From NCBI GenBank assembly GCA_963636275.1, contig CAVHJF010000004.1, positions 31,802-95,801 of the forward strand: a stretch of 64,000 bases of DNA, written 5' to 3'. Shown here in pieces: positions 1 to 10,025 of the stretch. The notes below the pieces were generated by a model, which saw nothing but the letters and a program-made list of their open reading frames with translations, did not search any database and was not told the DNA's origin. The stretch comes from Acutalibacteraceae bacterium (lineage in GTDB: Bacteria; Bacteroidota; Bacteroidia; Bacteroidales; UBA932). Within the stretch, counting starts at the first letter, position 1, and each line of letters begins with the position of its first letter. The translations under genes were made by a program, and so were the position numbers.

Positions 1-723
1 CGCGGAGCAGTGTCTTGCTCTGCCGATAACGGTATCGAAGTGAAGGACTTTGATATAACCAAGAATAAAAATATCGATGTTCTTGTCGCAGATTCTTCTG
101 CTGTTCAGACTCATAATAAGACAACATACAGTCACAACGGAGTGCCGACACTCTTCAAACATAAGCTCTCTTATGTAGTGTTCACTGTCAAGACCGACAA
201 ATCTTACAGAGTGCTTGACGGCAATTTAAGTAAACCTGGTGACAAGATATTCACTCTTCAGAGCATTACCTTCAAAGGACTCAAGTATAAAGGTACTTAT
301 ACTCAGTTCTCTGATGAGAAGTGGAAAGCAGATGAGGCTTCAACTGATCAGGTATATTTCAACCAGCCTACTGTCGGCCAGACTATTTCAAATTCTCAGA
401 CGACTCTCACAAGCGACCTGACTTTGAACTATTACCTCCCTCAGGTATTTACAAATGCACAGTATTTTGAGATAGTTTATACAATCAAAACTCAGGTTAC
501 TGGAACAGAGTCTGTTACAGAAACTGTTACAAGAAATGTATATCTCAATCCAGACAAGTCTGATGCAGCTGAAGCAGAGACTGTAAAACCGTTCGCTGAC
601 GGAAAATGGGAGATCGGCAAGAAATACACTGTCAATCTTACATTCTCTCTCGACGAGATTACCTGGGATCCTGCAGTCGAGGATTGGACAAACGTCGATG
701 CCGGTGATGTTACAATCCAATAA
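1..723 (+). CDS. Fimbrillin-like (type V pilin, Mfa1/BF2867-like) protein, 5' end outside window
   Basis: Frame open from base 1; GVPTLFKHKLS motif and C-terminal WEIGKKYTVNLTF...DPAVEDW strand typical of Bacteroidales fimbrillins; paralog of the next gene. Confidence 0.8.
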   Translation, partial: RGAVSCSADNGIEVKDFDITKNKNIDVLVADSSAVQTHNKTTYSHNGVPTLFKHKLSYVVFTVKTDKSYRVLDGNLSKPGDKIFTLQSITFKGLKYKGTYTQFSDEKWKADEASTDQVYFNQPTVGQTISNSQTTLTSDLTLNYYLPQVFTNAQYFEIVYTIKTQVTGTESVTETVTRNVYLNPDKSDAAEAETVKPFADGKWEIGKKYTVNLTFSLDEITWDPAVEDWTNVDAGDVTIQ

Positions 724-744
724 TGTTTGACAAACAAATAGTAT

Positions 745-1791
745 ATGATAATGAAAAAAGTATTTGTATTTGCGGCAGCGGTTGCCGCGCTTGCGTCTTG
801 CGCGAAGAATGAAGTAGCGCTGACTCCTGCAGCAGATAAAAGTGAAATCTCTTATAATGTTGCTCCGAGAACTAAAGCGATTGATCCGACTCATCAGTCT
901 GACTTCGATAAAGCCAATGTGTTCGCTTCTTGGGCATACTATCTTCCAAAAGAAAAAAATTGGGATGCGAACAAAGCTGATGCTCAGGATTATATCGTCA
1001 ATTCAACAATCTCTTATCAGGAAGGAACTAGTACCTGGAAAGAGAAAGGCAAGTCATACTATTGGCCTAAGGATGGCGGTTCGCTTACATTCTTCGCTTA
1101 TTCATTGAATAAAGCTAATCTGAACCTCGTAGATTCTGCAGCTCCAGACCCAGTCACAAATTGCGGTTTTACTTGCACAGCGGACGGCGGTATTCAGGGA
1201 GTGATTAACCTTGATGTAAATAAGAACACTGACTTCCTTGTTGCTGATATAGCAAAGGACAAGACCGCAAGTGTGAAAACTTATTCTTACAACGGAGTCC
1301 CTACTCTCTTCAGACACAGACTTTCAAGAGTTGCCTGCACAGTGGCTAAAGCGGAGGACTATCAGAATAAGAAATTTGAGCTTACTTCAATAAATTTCCT
1401 GAATGTCAGTCATTTCGGTACTTATGCTCAATTGCCAAACGAGTCTATTGCTGCGGGAACTACATTGGCCGATGAGAATTATACCGATGATACACAGTTG
1501 ATTACTAAAACTGCAACTGCAGTTGACAAAGAGAATATTGTAATCTATATGCCGCAGTCTTTCGCAGATAATGCCAAGATTGAGGTTAAATATACCATTA
1601 CAACGACTGTAGGTGATAGCGAAGTAAAAGAGGAGTGCACCTTCACAAAATCCCTGAAGGATATTTTCCCTAACAACTGGGAAATGGGTAAGAAATACAC
1701 CGTAAATCTTACCTTCTCTCTCAACGAGATTACTTGGGATCCTGCAGTAGAGGACTGGACAACAGCAAACAGCGATATTACAGTTCTTTAA
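745..1791 (+). CDS. Fimbrillin-family lipoprotein (probable major type V pilin)
   Basis: Lipobox ALASC, RTKA processing-site-like motif, YYWP..G.LTFFAYS, F.H.LS, GKKYTVNL...VEDW. Confidence 0.85.
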   Translation: MIMKKVFVFAAAVAALASCAKNEVALTPAADKSEISYNVAPRTKAIDPTHQSDFDKANVFASWAYYLPKEKNWDANKADAQDYIVNSTISYQEGTSTWKEKGKSYYWPKDGGSLTFFAYSLNKANLNLVDSAAPDPVTNCGFTCTADGGIQGVINLDVNKNTDFLVADIAKDKTASVKTYSYNGVPTLFRHRLSRVACTVAKAEDYQNKKFELTSINFLNVSHFGTYAQLPNESIAAGTTLADENYTDDTQLITKTATAVDKENIVIYMPQSFADNAKIEVKYTITTTVGDSEVKEECTFTKSLKDIFPNNWEMGKKYTVNLTFSLNEITWDPAVEDWTTANSDITVL

Positions 1792-1797
1792 ATTATA

Positions 1798-1832
1798 AAT
1801 CTCCGTTTGGAGGGTGATACCTCCCGGAGGTT
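1798..1832 (+). promoter_or_regulatory. Intra-operon GC-rich stem-loop (mRNA stabiliser or partial terminator)
   Basis: CTCCG/CGGAG outer stem and GGAGG/CCTCC inner stem right after the pilin stop; no long U tail. Confidence 0.45.
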
Positions 1833-1843
1833 CAAAAAATGAA

Positions 1844-2947
1844 ATGATGGGAAGAAACAGTATAATATCCAGACTTGATGCGGGGCTGTCTTTTGTGCGT
1901 TCCGCTGTTGCGAAGGCTATGTGCGCCTCCGTGGCTGTTGCGTGTATTCTGTGCTCTTCCTGCGTCAGCAATGTTCTTTCTCCTGATTCCGGCGCTCAGA
2001 ACACTCAGCTCAAGTTCTGCTTGATTCCTGTCAAGACTTCGACAAAGGCTGTCGTAGTGTCCAAATTTCCGGAGGACGAGACATTCGGCACTTGTGCCTG
2101 GTATCTTCCATCCGGTAAGACTTGGTCTGCAGACGCTTCTTCTGCAATCTCTTACATCGGTCAAGAAGAAATCTCCTGCCAGAATTCAGTCTGGAAGGCT
2201 TGGGCCAGCGGTCAGATTTACTGGTGGCCGCAAGTCGGCACGCTGACTTTTTATTCCTGGTCTCCGTTCAGTCTCAAGGATAACGGACTTTCAGTGAGCA
2301 ACACTTCAGGATTCAGCATAAGCGACTGGACAATGCAGAATACTCCCGGATACGGTTGCGGCAGTGCAGATGACGGTTGTGTTGACATCCTTCTGGCGCA
2401 GACCACGGACTGCAGGAAAACGGTCACCGGTGCGCCTGTCAATTTCGGCCATAAACTCTGCAAGGTGAGGGTAGTCGCCACTTTGGCAAAGGAACCTACC
2501 GAGTCGGAATCCGCTTGGAAGGTCAAGTCTGTCACGATTTCAAATGTTTATACGAAAGGCGGTTTCGTTACGGACAAGTGGGCTGTCCATTCAGACGTGA
2601 AGAATTACGTTTATGCTCCTGATTCGGATATTGAAATTGCTTACGGAAGCAATACGGTGATTTTTCCGGAAACAATGATGCTTCCGCAGTATATGACGGA
2701 AGACGGCAGGGCTGCAAGGCCTATAATTTCGATTACCTGCACAGATGCGAATGGTGAGGAGAAGACTTTGGCTGCCCAGTTGTACAACGATACTGCATCC
2801 GGCATTTCGGCCTGGAACGCCGGCAAGTATATTACTTATCTCATAACTATCGGAGAAGAAGACAGTTACATCGAGTTCGACGCAACTGCAGGTGACTGGA
2901 ACTATGACAGCGGCGAGGATATAAACATCGGAATTGTTTCGGACTAA
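1844..2947 (+). CDS. Fimbrillin-family lipoprotein (minor pilin)
   Basis: Lipobox CSSC, STKA, YWWP..GTLTFYSWSP, FGHKL, WNAGKYITYLI...DW; start uncertain (1844/1847/1919). Confidence 0.8.
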   Translation: MMGRNSIISRLDAGLSFVRSAVAKAMCASVAVACILCSSCVSNVLSPDSGAQNTQLKFCLIPVKTSTKAVVVSKFPEDETFGTCAWYLPSGKTWSADASSAISYIGQEEISCQNSVWKAWASGQIYWWPQVGTLTFYSWSPFSLKDNGLSVSNTSGFSISDWTMQNTPGYGCGSADDGCVDILLAQTTDCRKTVTGAPVNFGHKLCKVRVVATLAKEPTESESAWKVKSVTISNVYTKGGFVTDKWAVHSDVKNYVYAPDSDIEIAYGSNTVIFPETMMLPQYMTEDGRAARPIISITCTDANGEEKTLAAQLYNDTASGISAWNAGKYITYLITIGEEDSYIEFDATAGDWNYDSGEDINIGIVSD

Positions 2948-2981
2948 TATTATAAAGACAGTGAACAGGATTTTATCATAT

Positions 2982-3893
2982 ATGAAGTTTTTTGTTGCGG
3001 TTGCAGTGGCTGCGACTGCGGTTTCGTGTATTGATAAGGTCCAGAGTTACGATGCTGAGAGGGTTATCACTTTCAAGGCATTGAAAGCAAGTAGCACCAA
3101 GTCAGAGTCACGCGGGATAGTTGACTCCGCATCTTTCAGGGTGTGGGGCTATACATTGCCGGCGAAGAACAATTGGAGCGATGATTTCGGGAAAGCTACG
3201 GCTGTCTTTGAAGGCGAGACGTTCTCCTGCTCCGATGGCTGTTGGAAAAGTGTGTCCGACTATCTGTGGTGCGACAAGAATTCGAGAATGAGTTTCTTTG
3301 CGGTGTCTCCGGCAGATGCCGATGCCACTTTCAGCAGGGATAAAGGTATCACTATTATCGGTTTCAAGGCCGAAGATCCTCTTGCAGCATCGCAACCGGT
3401 AGTTGAATTTGCCACACTCTCTGATGTGCGCAAGCCTGTTGCGGATGTCGCTACCGGAATCGCCTTCAGCAATGCACTTTGCGAGGTCGAGTTCTGGGCG
3501 AAGTCGGTCGCTTCGGATGACATCAAGTTGACGGTCACGAAACTCACGCTCAGCGATGTCGGCACTCAGGGGGACTTCCATTCCCTCCCGGTACCGGAAT
3601 GGACAATATCAGGAGATAGGAAAAGTGTCACAGTGTTTGAAGGCAATGTCTCTCTCGGCGAGGATGCGAAGCCTCTCGGTACAGTATTGACAATGATTCC
3701 CCAGAACCTGAAGCCTACGATTACTCTTCAGTACAGTTTTGATTCAGGAACTGGCGGGGAGATTCAGAATATTGATGTGGAGATTGACAGGACAATGAAA
3801 TGGGCGGTTGGAAAGAAGCGGATATATACATTCAAAGTGTCTCAGAATCTTGCACTTACGATTGACTCTTGTGTAACAGAAAATTCGTTATGA
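2982..3893 (+). CDS. Fimbrillin-family lipoprotein (minor pilin)
   Basis: Lipobox AVSC, STKS, YLW...MSFFAVSP, WAVGKKRIYTF. Confidence 0.78.
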   Translation: MKFFVAVAVAATAVSCIDKVQSYDAERVITFKALKASSTKSESRGIVDSASFRVWGYTLPAKNNWSDDFGKATAVFEGETFSCSDGCWKSVSDYLWCDKNSRMSFFAVSPADADATFSRDKGITIIGFKAEDPLAASQPVVEFATLSDVRKPVADVATGIAFSNALCEVEFWAKSVASDDIKLTVTKLTLSDVGTQGDFHSLPVPEWTISGDRKSVTVFEGNVSLGEDAKPLGTVLTMIPQNLKPTITLQYSFDSGTGGEIQNIDVEIDRTMKWAVGKKRIYTFKVSQNLALTIDSCVTENSL

Positions 3894-5005
3894 TAGTCTG
3901 CAGAAATATAGTTGGATTGTTTCACAATGTTTTCCTGACGGCAACGGTTGTACCGGCAGCGTTGGTGCTCGTATCCCTATGTGGATGTAAAAAGACCGAA
4001 ACGCCTGCTGTGGATGAAAGCGAATATATCTCATTCAACGGAACCGCATCCAAGACGGAGGCGTCGTCAGATGTTTCCAGTGCGCCGCAGACAAAGGTGG
4101 GGACAGAAAGTCTTATCAATACGAATGAGGAACTGCAGACGGAGCCGTTCGGTATCTTCGGGTATAAGTCGATAGACGACAACTCGAATTTTACTTCAGT
4201 ATTCGAGAGCTCCGGAATGCAGAAAGTAGAATGGTCGGACGATAACTGGACTTACAGCCCCAAGCAGAAGTGGCAGAGAGCTATGCGCTACAGATTCCGC
4301 GCTGTGTGGCCGTATTCTGCGGAAGTCAAGGCTCAGTCCAATGCAAATCTGATTTCAGTAGACTATTCCATCGTAAGCCACAGTTACGACCTGCTCGGCG
4401 CGTATGCGACCAGATATCCAGTTTCGGAGGGTATCGGCCGAGTTACGATGAATTTCAGACATCTGCTTTCCGGATTGCGTTTCAGGCTTAAGTTCAAAGA
4501 TACTATGGCAAATCCTGAAACTGCCTCAGATGCGGTCACCCGTTTCTATATCACCGGCATCTATCCGTCCGGGCAGTTGTTCTATGGGCTTACTTCGACT
4601 TCCACTGACCCTGACAATATCAGTTGGGTAACGAGTGAAAATACGTTTGAGAGCACTATCGCGATGCACGAATGGACCGGCAGCAAGGAATTCGGAGTGG
4701 AAGGATATAAAGGTGTCGCTCCAATCTATTTCACTCAGTCAACAGACGCTTCAGGGAATGTCACGACTGATGGAGCGGCGTTGATCGTGCCTCAGACCCT
4801 TTCTTCCAGTGTCGGAGATACTTATGTGAATTTCTATACCACAAGCGGCGGTTCGGCTCTGCATAAGGTGAAACTCCCGCAGCGTACCCTCGAACCGGGA
4901 AAGATATACACATATACTCTCATTCTTCACGGAACACAGATTCTGGTGACCGTGGACATTGCGGATTGGGATGAGATTCAGTCAAATATCGACATAGTGC
5001 TTTAG
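3890..5005 (+). CDS. Fimbrillin-family lipoprotein (minor pilin)
   Basis: ATGA overlap with previous stop; lipobox LCGC, QTKV, WTYSP..W, FRHLLS, PGKIYTYTL...DW. Confidence 0.8.
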   Translation: MIVCRNIVGLFHNVFLTATVVPAALVLVSLCGCKKTETPAVDESEYISFNGTASKTEASSDVSSAPQTKVGTESLINTNEELQTEPFGIFGYKSIDDNSNFTSVFESSGMQKVEWSDDNWTYSPKQKWQRAMRYRFRAVWPYSAEVKAQSNANLISVDYSIVSHSYDLLGAYATRYPVSEGIGRVTMNFRHLLSGLRFRLKFKDTMANPETASDAVTRFYITGIYPSGQLFYGLTSTSTDPDNISWVTSENTFESTIAMHEWTGSKEFGVEGYKGVAPIYFTQSTDASGNVTTDGAALIVPQTLSSSVGDTYVNFYTTSGGSALHKVKLPQRTLEPGKIYTYTLILHGTQILVTVDIADWDEIQSNIDIVL

Positions 5006-5009
5006 TGAG

Positions 5010-6527
5010 ATGAGTAACGGAAAATTCATAAATACAGTTATGTGCCTTGCTGCTTTTCTTGCGGTTTCCTGCAATAAGGAAAGGCAGTCTTCAGGTTCAG
5101 ACGAGTTGCGCGGGAAGGGGAATCTCCATATTGCCGTAAGCAATACGGCTACAAAACTGTCTGCAGTTGAGGGCGACGTTATGAAAACTCTCAGCCTGTG
5201 GCTGGTGGATACAAGCGACGAGTCTGTAATGGCTTTCAAGTCAGTAAGTTTCGCTGAACTGGCTTCCAGTCACGAGGTACTTATTGAGGATATACAGAGG
5301 GGAGACTATCGTCTATATGTTCTTGCCAATTGTACGGACTTAGATGCGGACTATACAGTAGGAAAGACAATCGACAATAATTTTACGCAGAAGCTTCTTC
5401 CGGAAATCACTTCAGGTCAGGCTCCTTCATTCAGTGAGGATACGGGAATGCCTTGCTCTTTAGTGCAGGATGTTTCGCTTACTGCCGGTGAGAACTATGT
5501 CTCGGCTCATTTGCTCCGTTGTGTGGGTAAACTGTCATTCCAGTTCCGCAACAACATATCGGATCACACTGTGGCGATTGCCAATATCGGATTGTCAAAG
5601 ATGAACCCTACCGTGGGATATATGTTTGATCCGAATGACCATTCGATTCCTGCGTCAGCCGACACAGTGGCTTTCAAAGATATAGCGGACAATGAAAATA
5701 TCATAGTGCTGGAGCCGAACAAAGCTTCTGAGGTATATACCAGTTATCTTTACGAGACGCCGGAGTCAAACTCTGCGAACGGAATGACGTTCCAGCTTTT
5801 CGGGGCTTTGTATGATCAGTCCGCCATTTATGATGACATCAAGGTCTCTTATAAGAACCAGTACGAGGTCTCTGACAATATTACGTCGCTGGGTGATGTT
5901 TCATCCGGTCTGTTCCTGCTTCGTTCAGCGGCTTCCGATACCTATTATATCGGTGTTGACAAGGACGAAGACAAACTTACTGCTCACTCGTTTACGTCTG
6001 ATGACGAATTGCTTAAACACAGCAATTTCGAATATTATCTGTGGAGAATCTCGGATGCCTCAAGCGCGACATTCGCGAACTATGTGACGGGAGAATATAT
6101 TACTTTGAACGGCACGACAGCAGGTTTGACAGAGAATGAATCAGACGCAACCGCTTTCACGGTTTCACGATCTTCTGCAAAATTTTCATTCAAGAACTCA
6201 GGCGGTTATTCGCTTACTTATGAAAATCTCACAGGAGTAGTCGGAACGACAGGCAAGGAGAGCCAAGATGTGACTAAATGGAATATAAGGCGTGGCAGCA
6301 GTGTCAGCAGCGTGGCTTATTTCGTGAATTCCGCTTATGATATTCCGCTAGTTAAGCGTCCTATAACTTATATCGACAAATACGGTAATTCTCAGAAATT
6401 GACCAAAATCAGTAGAAATGAGCACGTTACGGTTACGGTCAACATATTCTATAACCGCGAACTCGCGCAGTTTGATTTTGAAGTTGAGGGCTGGAGTTCT
6501 AAGGCAAGTGAGACAACATTTGATTGA
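5010..6527 (+). CDS. Type V pilus accessory lipoprotein (FimB/Mfa2- or Mfa-like) with inserted beta-rich domain
   Basis: Lipobox AVSC, ATKL, YVLAN, L.R.VGKL, I.RNEHV...FEVEGW. Confidence 0.65.
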   Translation: MSNGKFINTVMCLAAFLAVSCNKERQSSGSDELRGKGNLHIAVSNTATKLSAVEGDVMKTLSLWLVDTSDESVMAFKSVSFAELASSHEVLIEDIQRGDYRLYVLANCTDLDADYTVGKTIDNNFTQKLLPEITSGQAPSFSEDTGMPCSLVQDVSLTAGENYVSAHLLRCVGKLSFQFRNNISDHTVAIANIGLSKMNPTVGYMFDPNDHSIPASADTVAFKDIADNENIIVLEPNKASEVYTSYLYETPESNSANGMTFQLFGALYDQSAIYDDIKVSYKNQYEVSDNITSLGDVSSGLFLLRSAASDTYYIGVDKDEDKLTAHSFTSDDELLKHSNFEYYLWRISDASSATFANYVTGEYITLNGTTAGLTENESDATAFTVSRSSAKFSFKNSGGYSLTYENLTGVVGTTGKESQDVTKWNIRRGSSVSSVAYFVNSAYDIPLVKRPITYIDKYGNSQKLTKISRNEHVTVTVNIFYNRELAQFDFEVEGWSSKASETTFD

Positions 6528-6535
6528 TTTCGAAT

Positions 6536-9500
6536 ATGAAAAGAATCATACATATACTTACATATATAGGATTGGCTCTTCTCTCCGTCTCTTGTATGAA
6601 AGAGGAGCTGTCAGAGAAAAAGCCTGCAGGAGTGTCAGGAGAGGGACTGCTTCAGTTGAACTTCGGTCCTAAAGAGAGCGATGTGGTCATCACGAAGGCG
6701 ACGTTGAGCGAGAAGAACGAAAGCCAGATTTTCAACTTCTATGTTTTCGTGTTCGATGCCAACGGAAACAAGGCGGCCGGTGTGTATTTCGACTCGTCAA
6801 ACCAGTTGACTTCAAAGGATGCGGTCACTGCCGCGACCGACAACTGCTGGTGGGTGAGCAATGCTACCTCCGACGGTGAGACGACTGCCGGAAGCGTGCT
6901 GGTCAAAACGTCCGCCGGTGAAAATATGTCGGTATATATGGTAGCAAACCTTGACGCCGATATGGTCAGGGTGTCTTCAGACCTGCTATCTGCATCAATA
7001 CGCAACGAAAGCGACCTGAAAAACTTCAATGTCTATCTTAATCAGAGAATCGTCAACAGAAACGGTTATTTCCCGATGACAGGAAAACTGTCTGGCGTGA
7101 GCATCGCGAACAGCGGCAACAGTTCATCCAATGACGTCGTCAAGACTGTCATAACCGACAAGATGATGCTCAAGCGTATCGACTCGAAGATACGTTTCAT
7201 ATTCAAGACGGGAACTCGTCCCGATGACAAAGGCCAGGTTATCAAGTCTTTTGAGGCCAAGCAGTGGAAGGTTGTCAATGTGCCTAGAACAGCATATCTT
7301 TTCAGTTATGCGGCCAGAGGAATTACAGAGGAAAGAGGTCACGATTATGTTTCAGTGCCTCCTACCACATCTTCATCGGATTATTCCACTTATGCTAAGG
7401 ATTTCTTCGATACAGATTTTGTGAACTTTGAAGACTTTCCATCTACCGGTACATCCGAGTTCTCGTTCTATATGCTGGAGAATCGTCAGATCCCTAAGAA
7501 GACTTTGACTGCATATCAGGACAGAAGCCGTCAGATGAAAACTTCCGGCGGTAAGAACCAGAGTTGCGGAGTTTCATATTCGCTTGACGGTGTATCATAT
7601 AGCAGGGATATGCGTATGTTCGAGTATGCCAATGATTTCTCGACCTATGTTGTGGTGACAGGCTATGTGGAGATGGATCTCAAGAATGATTCGGCAGGTC
7701 AGGTGCTCGGCGGTGATGTGCAGTATATAATTCACTTGGGCAACTGGAGCGCTTCAATCGACAATTCTGACGGCAATCAGGGTGACGGTAAGGATACTTA
7801 CAGCGGATTCGACAATTTCAATACTGAAAGAAATACCTCTTACACTTATACAGTGACCGTGAATTCCGTGAACAGCATTCGTGTCGAGGTGGAGTCCAGC
7901 AAGGGTGAGGTCTCGGATGTGATTGAAAATCAGCCGGGCGCAAGCGGGCAGATTTCCATTGCTAAGGAGACTATTACACTTTGTGACTGCCATTATGTGT
8001 CCAAGGTCATCAATTTCCACCTGTCCAATTTCTTCCAGAACGGAAATGTGACCAGCGACAACTGTATCGTTGATGAGTTGACTTGGGCAGTGAAGACTCC
8101 GTTCGGTGAGGGTGAACCGAAAAATGAGGGCGGAATCGACATTACTGAAGGTCTTGACTACAAGTGGGTACGTTTCAGACTCAACAAACAGGATTCCGAC
8201 GGAAATTATTACACTGATAAGCGCAGAAAATATACACCGCGCGAGTTCAAAACTTATGAAACTAAGCGTACAGCGTCGGAGAATGCGGAGGATGACGGAA
8301 CGGATGGTTTGGCCGGATATCATAATGACGGATCTATGGACATCAAGGACCTGGTGGCTTATGTTAAGAATCAGGTGCACAAGTTCATAGAGAATAGGGA
8401 AACGAGTGATTTCGACCACAAGAGTTCTACTGATATGACTGAACCGAACATCTGTTTCACGGTGTTTGTGGATGAGTATTACTACACTGAGAATCCGCTC
8501 ACGCAGCAGAAGTCTTCGGATTTGTGGAAGAAGTTCGTGAACCAGGAGGACAGGAAACTTCACATCCTGTGTAACTCGGAGAAGAGCAAGGACTTGGAGT
8601 CCAGCACTACAGGTTCCGTCACGACTATCCAGCAGCACGCTATCCAGTGCATATATAATACGGATCAGTCTTATACGGCATTGCAGACTGCTTGGGGCGT
8701 AGAGAATGAGGACGAGTATGACGGTAGCTGGAAATATTGGAGCGCATCCGCTTCTTATTCTAATTATGAAAATCGTGGCAATACAAGCAATGTGAACGGC
8801 CTGTTCAACACTTGCAAGGAATGGGGATTGAGCCCTAAAAGTGCTTCTGACAATACTTTCACTACCGGAGTCGAGTGGGGTACTTTTATGGATTACGAGG
8901 TTTCCAATGATGAACCGCAGTTGAAGAGTGACTATCAGTATATGCGTTACTCTTGTATGACGCGTAACCGTGACAACAACGGAAACGGCAAGATTGACCG
9001 AGATGAAGTCAGGTGGTATCTGGCATCTGTGAACCAGCTCGTCGGAATGTTTGTTGGAGACGGACTGCTTAATTCGAATACGAAACTCTACAATAAATCT
9101 CCTGAAGAGAAGGCCTCATCAATAGCAAAGAATTGGCAACAACACGTCGTTTCTTCCACAAGTATATTCGCAGATGATAACAGAGCGGATAGAGTTGATG
9201 GTGGTAATGGCGCTTATGTGAGAAACAGTAATGACCCGACTATGATATGGGCGGAAGAGGGTATATCCACAAGTCATACTTATCATACTTGGGGAAGTGA
9301 CTTGCAAGGTACCTCTGTGCGCTGCGTACGAAATCTTGGCTTCATTGACGGAAACTCGGATGAAACTTACGACATAGACAAGATGTACGATGACTATATC
9401 CAGATGGAAACGCGTACTGATTCCGACAACAAGAGTTACTATGTCTTTACTGCAACCCATTTGAATTCGCAGGCTCTACGTTACTATACTTCCAAGGAGT

Positions 9501-9892
9501 TGATTTTCTCTGACGAGCGTTCTTTGGAGAATAGGCTTTATAAGAAGTTTGAGACTTATCCCGGAGGCGCACAGTCGTTGGGTTCTGCAATGTATTTCAC
9601 TGATTATAACAACAATGTGACCGCTGGGGTTGCGGCAGGTACAGGTAATCCGTACTGTCCTGAAGGTTATAGGACTCCAAGTCAGATTGAAGCCGCAGTG
9701 ATGAAGTATTATATGGCTAGTTCTGAGAATAAAAACACATTGTCAAGAACTTATTGGTCATTCGGTCCTTATGGAACGACTGTTCACGACTCTGGTAAAT
9801 CCGGTTTTGTGGTCAATGGCGGTAATGTGACTGTAGGTAGTAACGAACGACCTAGTGTAGTCCGCTGCGTCCGTGACGTCCGTGTCAACTAG
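6536..9892 (+). CDS. Large type V pilus tip/adhesin lipoprotein with C-type-lectin-like (VRCVR) C-terminal domains
   Basis: Lipobox SVSC, ITKA, YMVAN, FSFYMLEN, RNTSYTYTVTV, NRDNNGNGKID..EVRWYL, two VRCVR motifs. Confidence 0.75.
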   Translation: MKRIIHILTYIGLALLSVSCMKEELSEKKPAGVSGEGLLQLNFGPKESDVVITKATLSEKNESQIFNFYVFVFDANGNKAAGVYFDSSNQLTSKDAVTAATDNCWWVSNATSDGETTAGSVLVKTSAGENMSVYMVANLDADMVRVSSDLLSASIRNESDLKNFNVYLNQRIVNRNGYFPMTGKLSGVSIANSGNSSSNDVVKTVITDKMMLKRIDSKIRFIFKTGTRPDDKGQVIKSFEAKQWKVVNVPRTAYLFSYAARGITEERGHDYVSVPPTTSSSDYSTYAKDFFDTDFVNFEDFPSTGTSEFSFYMLENRQIPKKTLTAYQDRSRQMKTSGGKNQSCGVSYSLDGVSYSRDMRMFEYANDFSTYVVVTGYVEMDLKNDSAGQVLGGDVQYIIHLGNWSASIDNSDGNQGDGKDTYSGFDNFNTERNTSYTYTVTVNSVNSIRVEVESSKGEVSDVIENQPGASGQISIAKETITLCDCHYVSKVINFHLSNFFQNGNVTSDNCIVDELTWAVKTPFGEGEPKNEGGIDITEGLDYKWVRFRLNKQDSDGNYYTDKRRKYTPREFKTYETKRTASENAEDDGTDGLAGYHNDGSMDIKDLVAYVKNQVHKFIENRETSDFDHKSSTDMTEPNICFTVFVDEYYYTENPLTQQKSSDLWKKFVNQEDRKLHILCNSEKSKDLESSTTGSVTTIQQHAIQCIYNTDQSYTALQTAWGVENEDEYDGSWKYWSASASYSNYENRGNTSNVNGLFNTCKEWGLSPKSASDNTFTTGVEWGTFMDYEVSNDEPQLKSDYQYMRYSCMTRNRDNNGNGKIDRDEVRWYLASVNQLVGMFVGDGLLNSNTKLYNKSPEEKASSIAKNWQQHVVSSTSIFADDNRADRVDGGNGAYVRNSNDPTMIWAEEGISTSHTYHTWGSDLQGTSVRCVRNLGFIDGNSDETYDIDKMYDDYIQMETRTDSDNKSYYVFTATHLNSQALRYYTSKELIFSDERSLENRLYKKFETYPGGAQSLGSAMYFTDYNNNVTAGVAAGTGNPYCPEGYRTPSQIEAAVMKYYMASSENKNTLSRTYWSFGPYGTTVHDSGKSGFVVNGGNVTVGSNERPSVVRCVRDVRVN

Positions 9893-9900
9893 TCTGTAAT

Positions 9901-9934
9901 AAAACCGCAATTGTATTCGAATTGCGGTTTTTTT
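9901..9934 (+). terminator. Intrinsic terminator of the pilus operon
   Basis: AAAACCGCAATT-loop-AATTGCGGTTTT plus T run. Confidence 0.85.
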
Positions 9935-10010
9935 GATGACATTCCGTACTTGACTATTATTTTTTATAGTCATTGCGCACTGTATATTTTTACATTTTCA
10001 AGAAAAATCA

Positions 10011-10018
10011 TAACTTTG
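10011..10018 (+). promoter_or_regulatory. Bacteroidetes sigma-A -7 element (TAACTTTG); near-leaderless AraC mRNA
   Basis: Exact TAnnTTTG match ending 7 nt before ATG 10026. Confidence 0.6.
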
Positions 10019-10025
10019 GACGGTT

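Noticed and set aside
7754..8638. 294-aa minus-strand ORF
   Set aside because: Antisense shadow of the pilus tip gene
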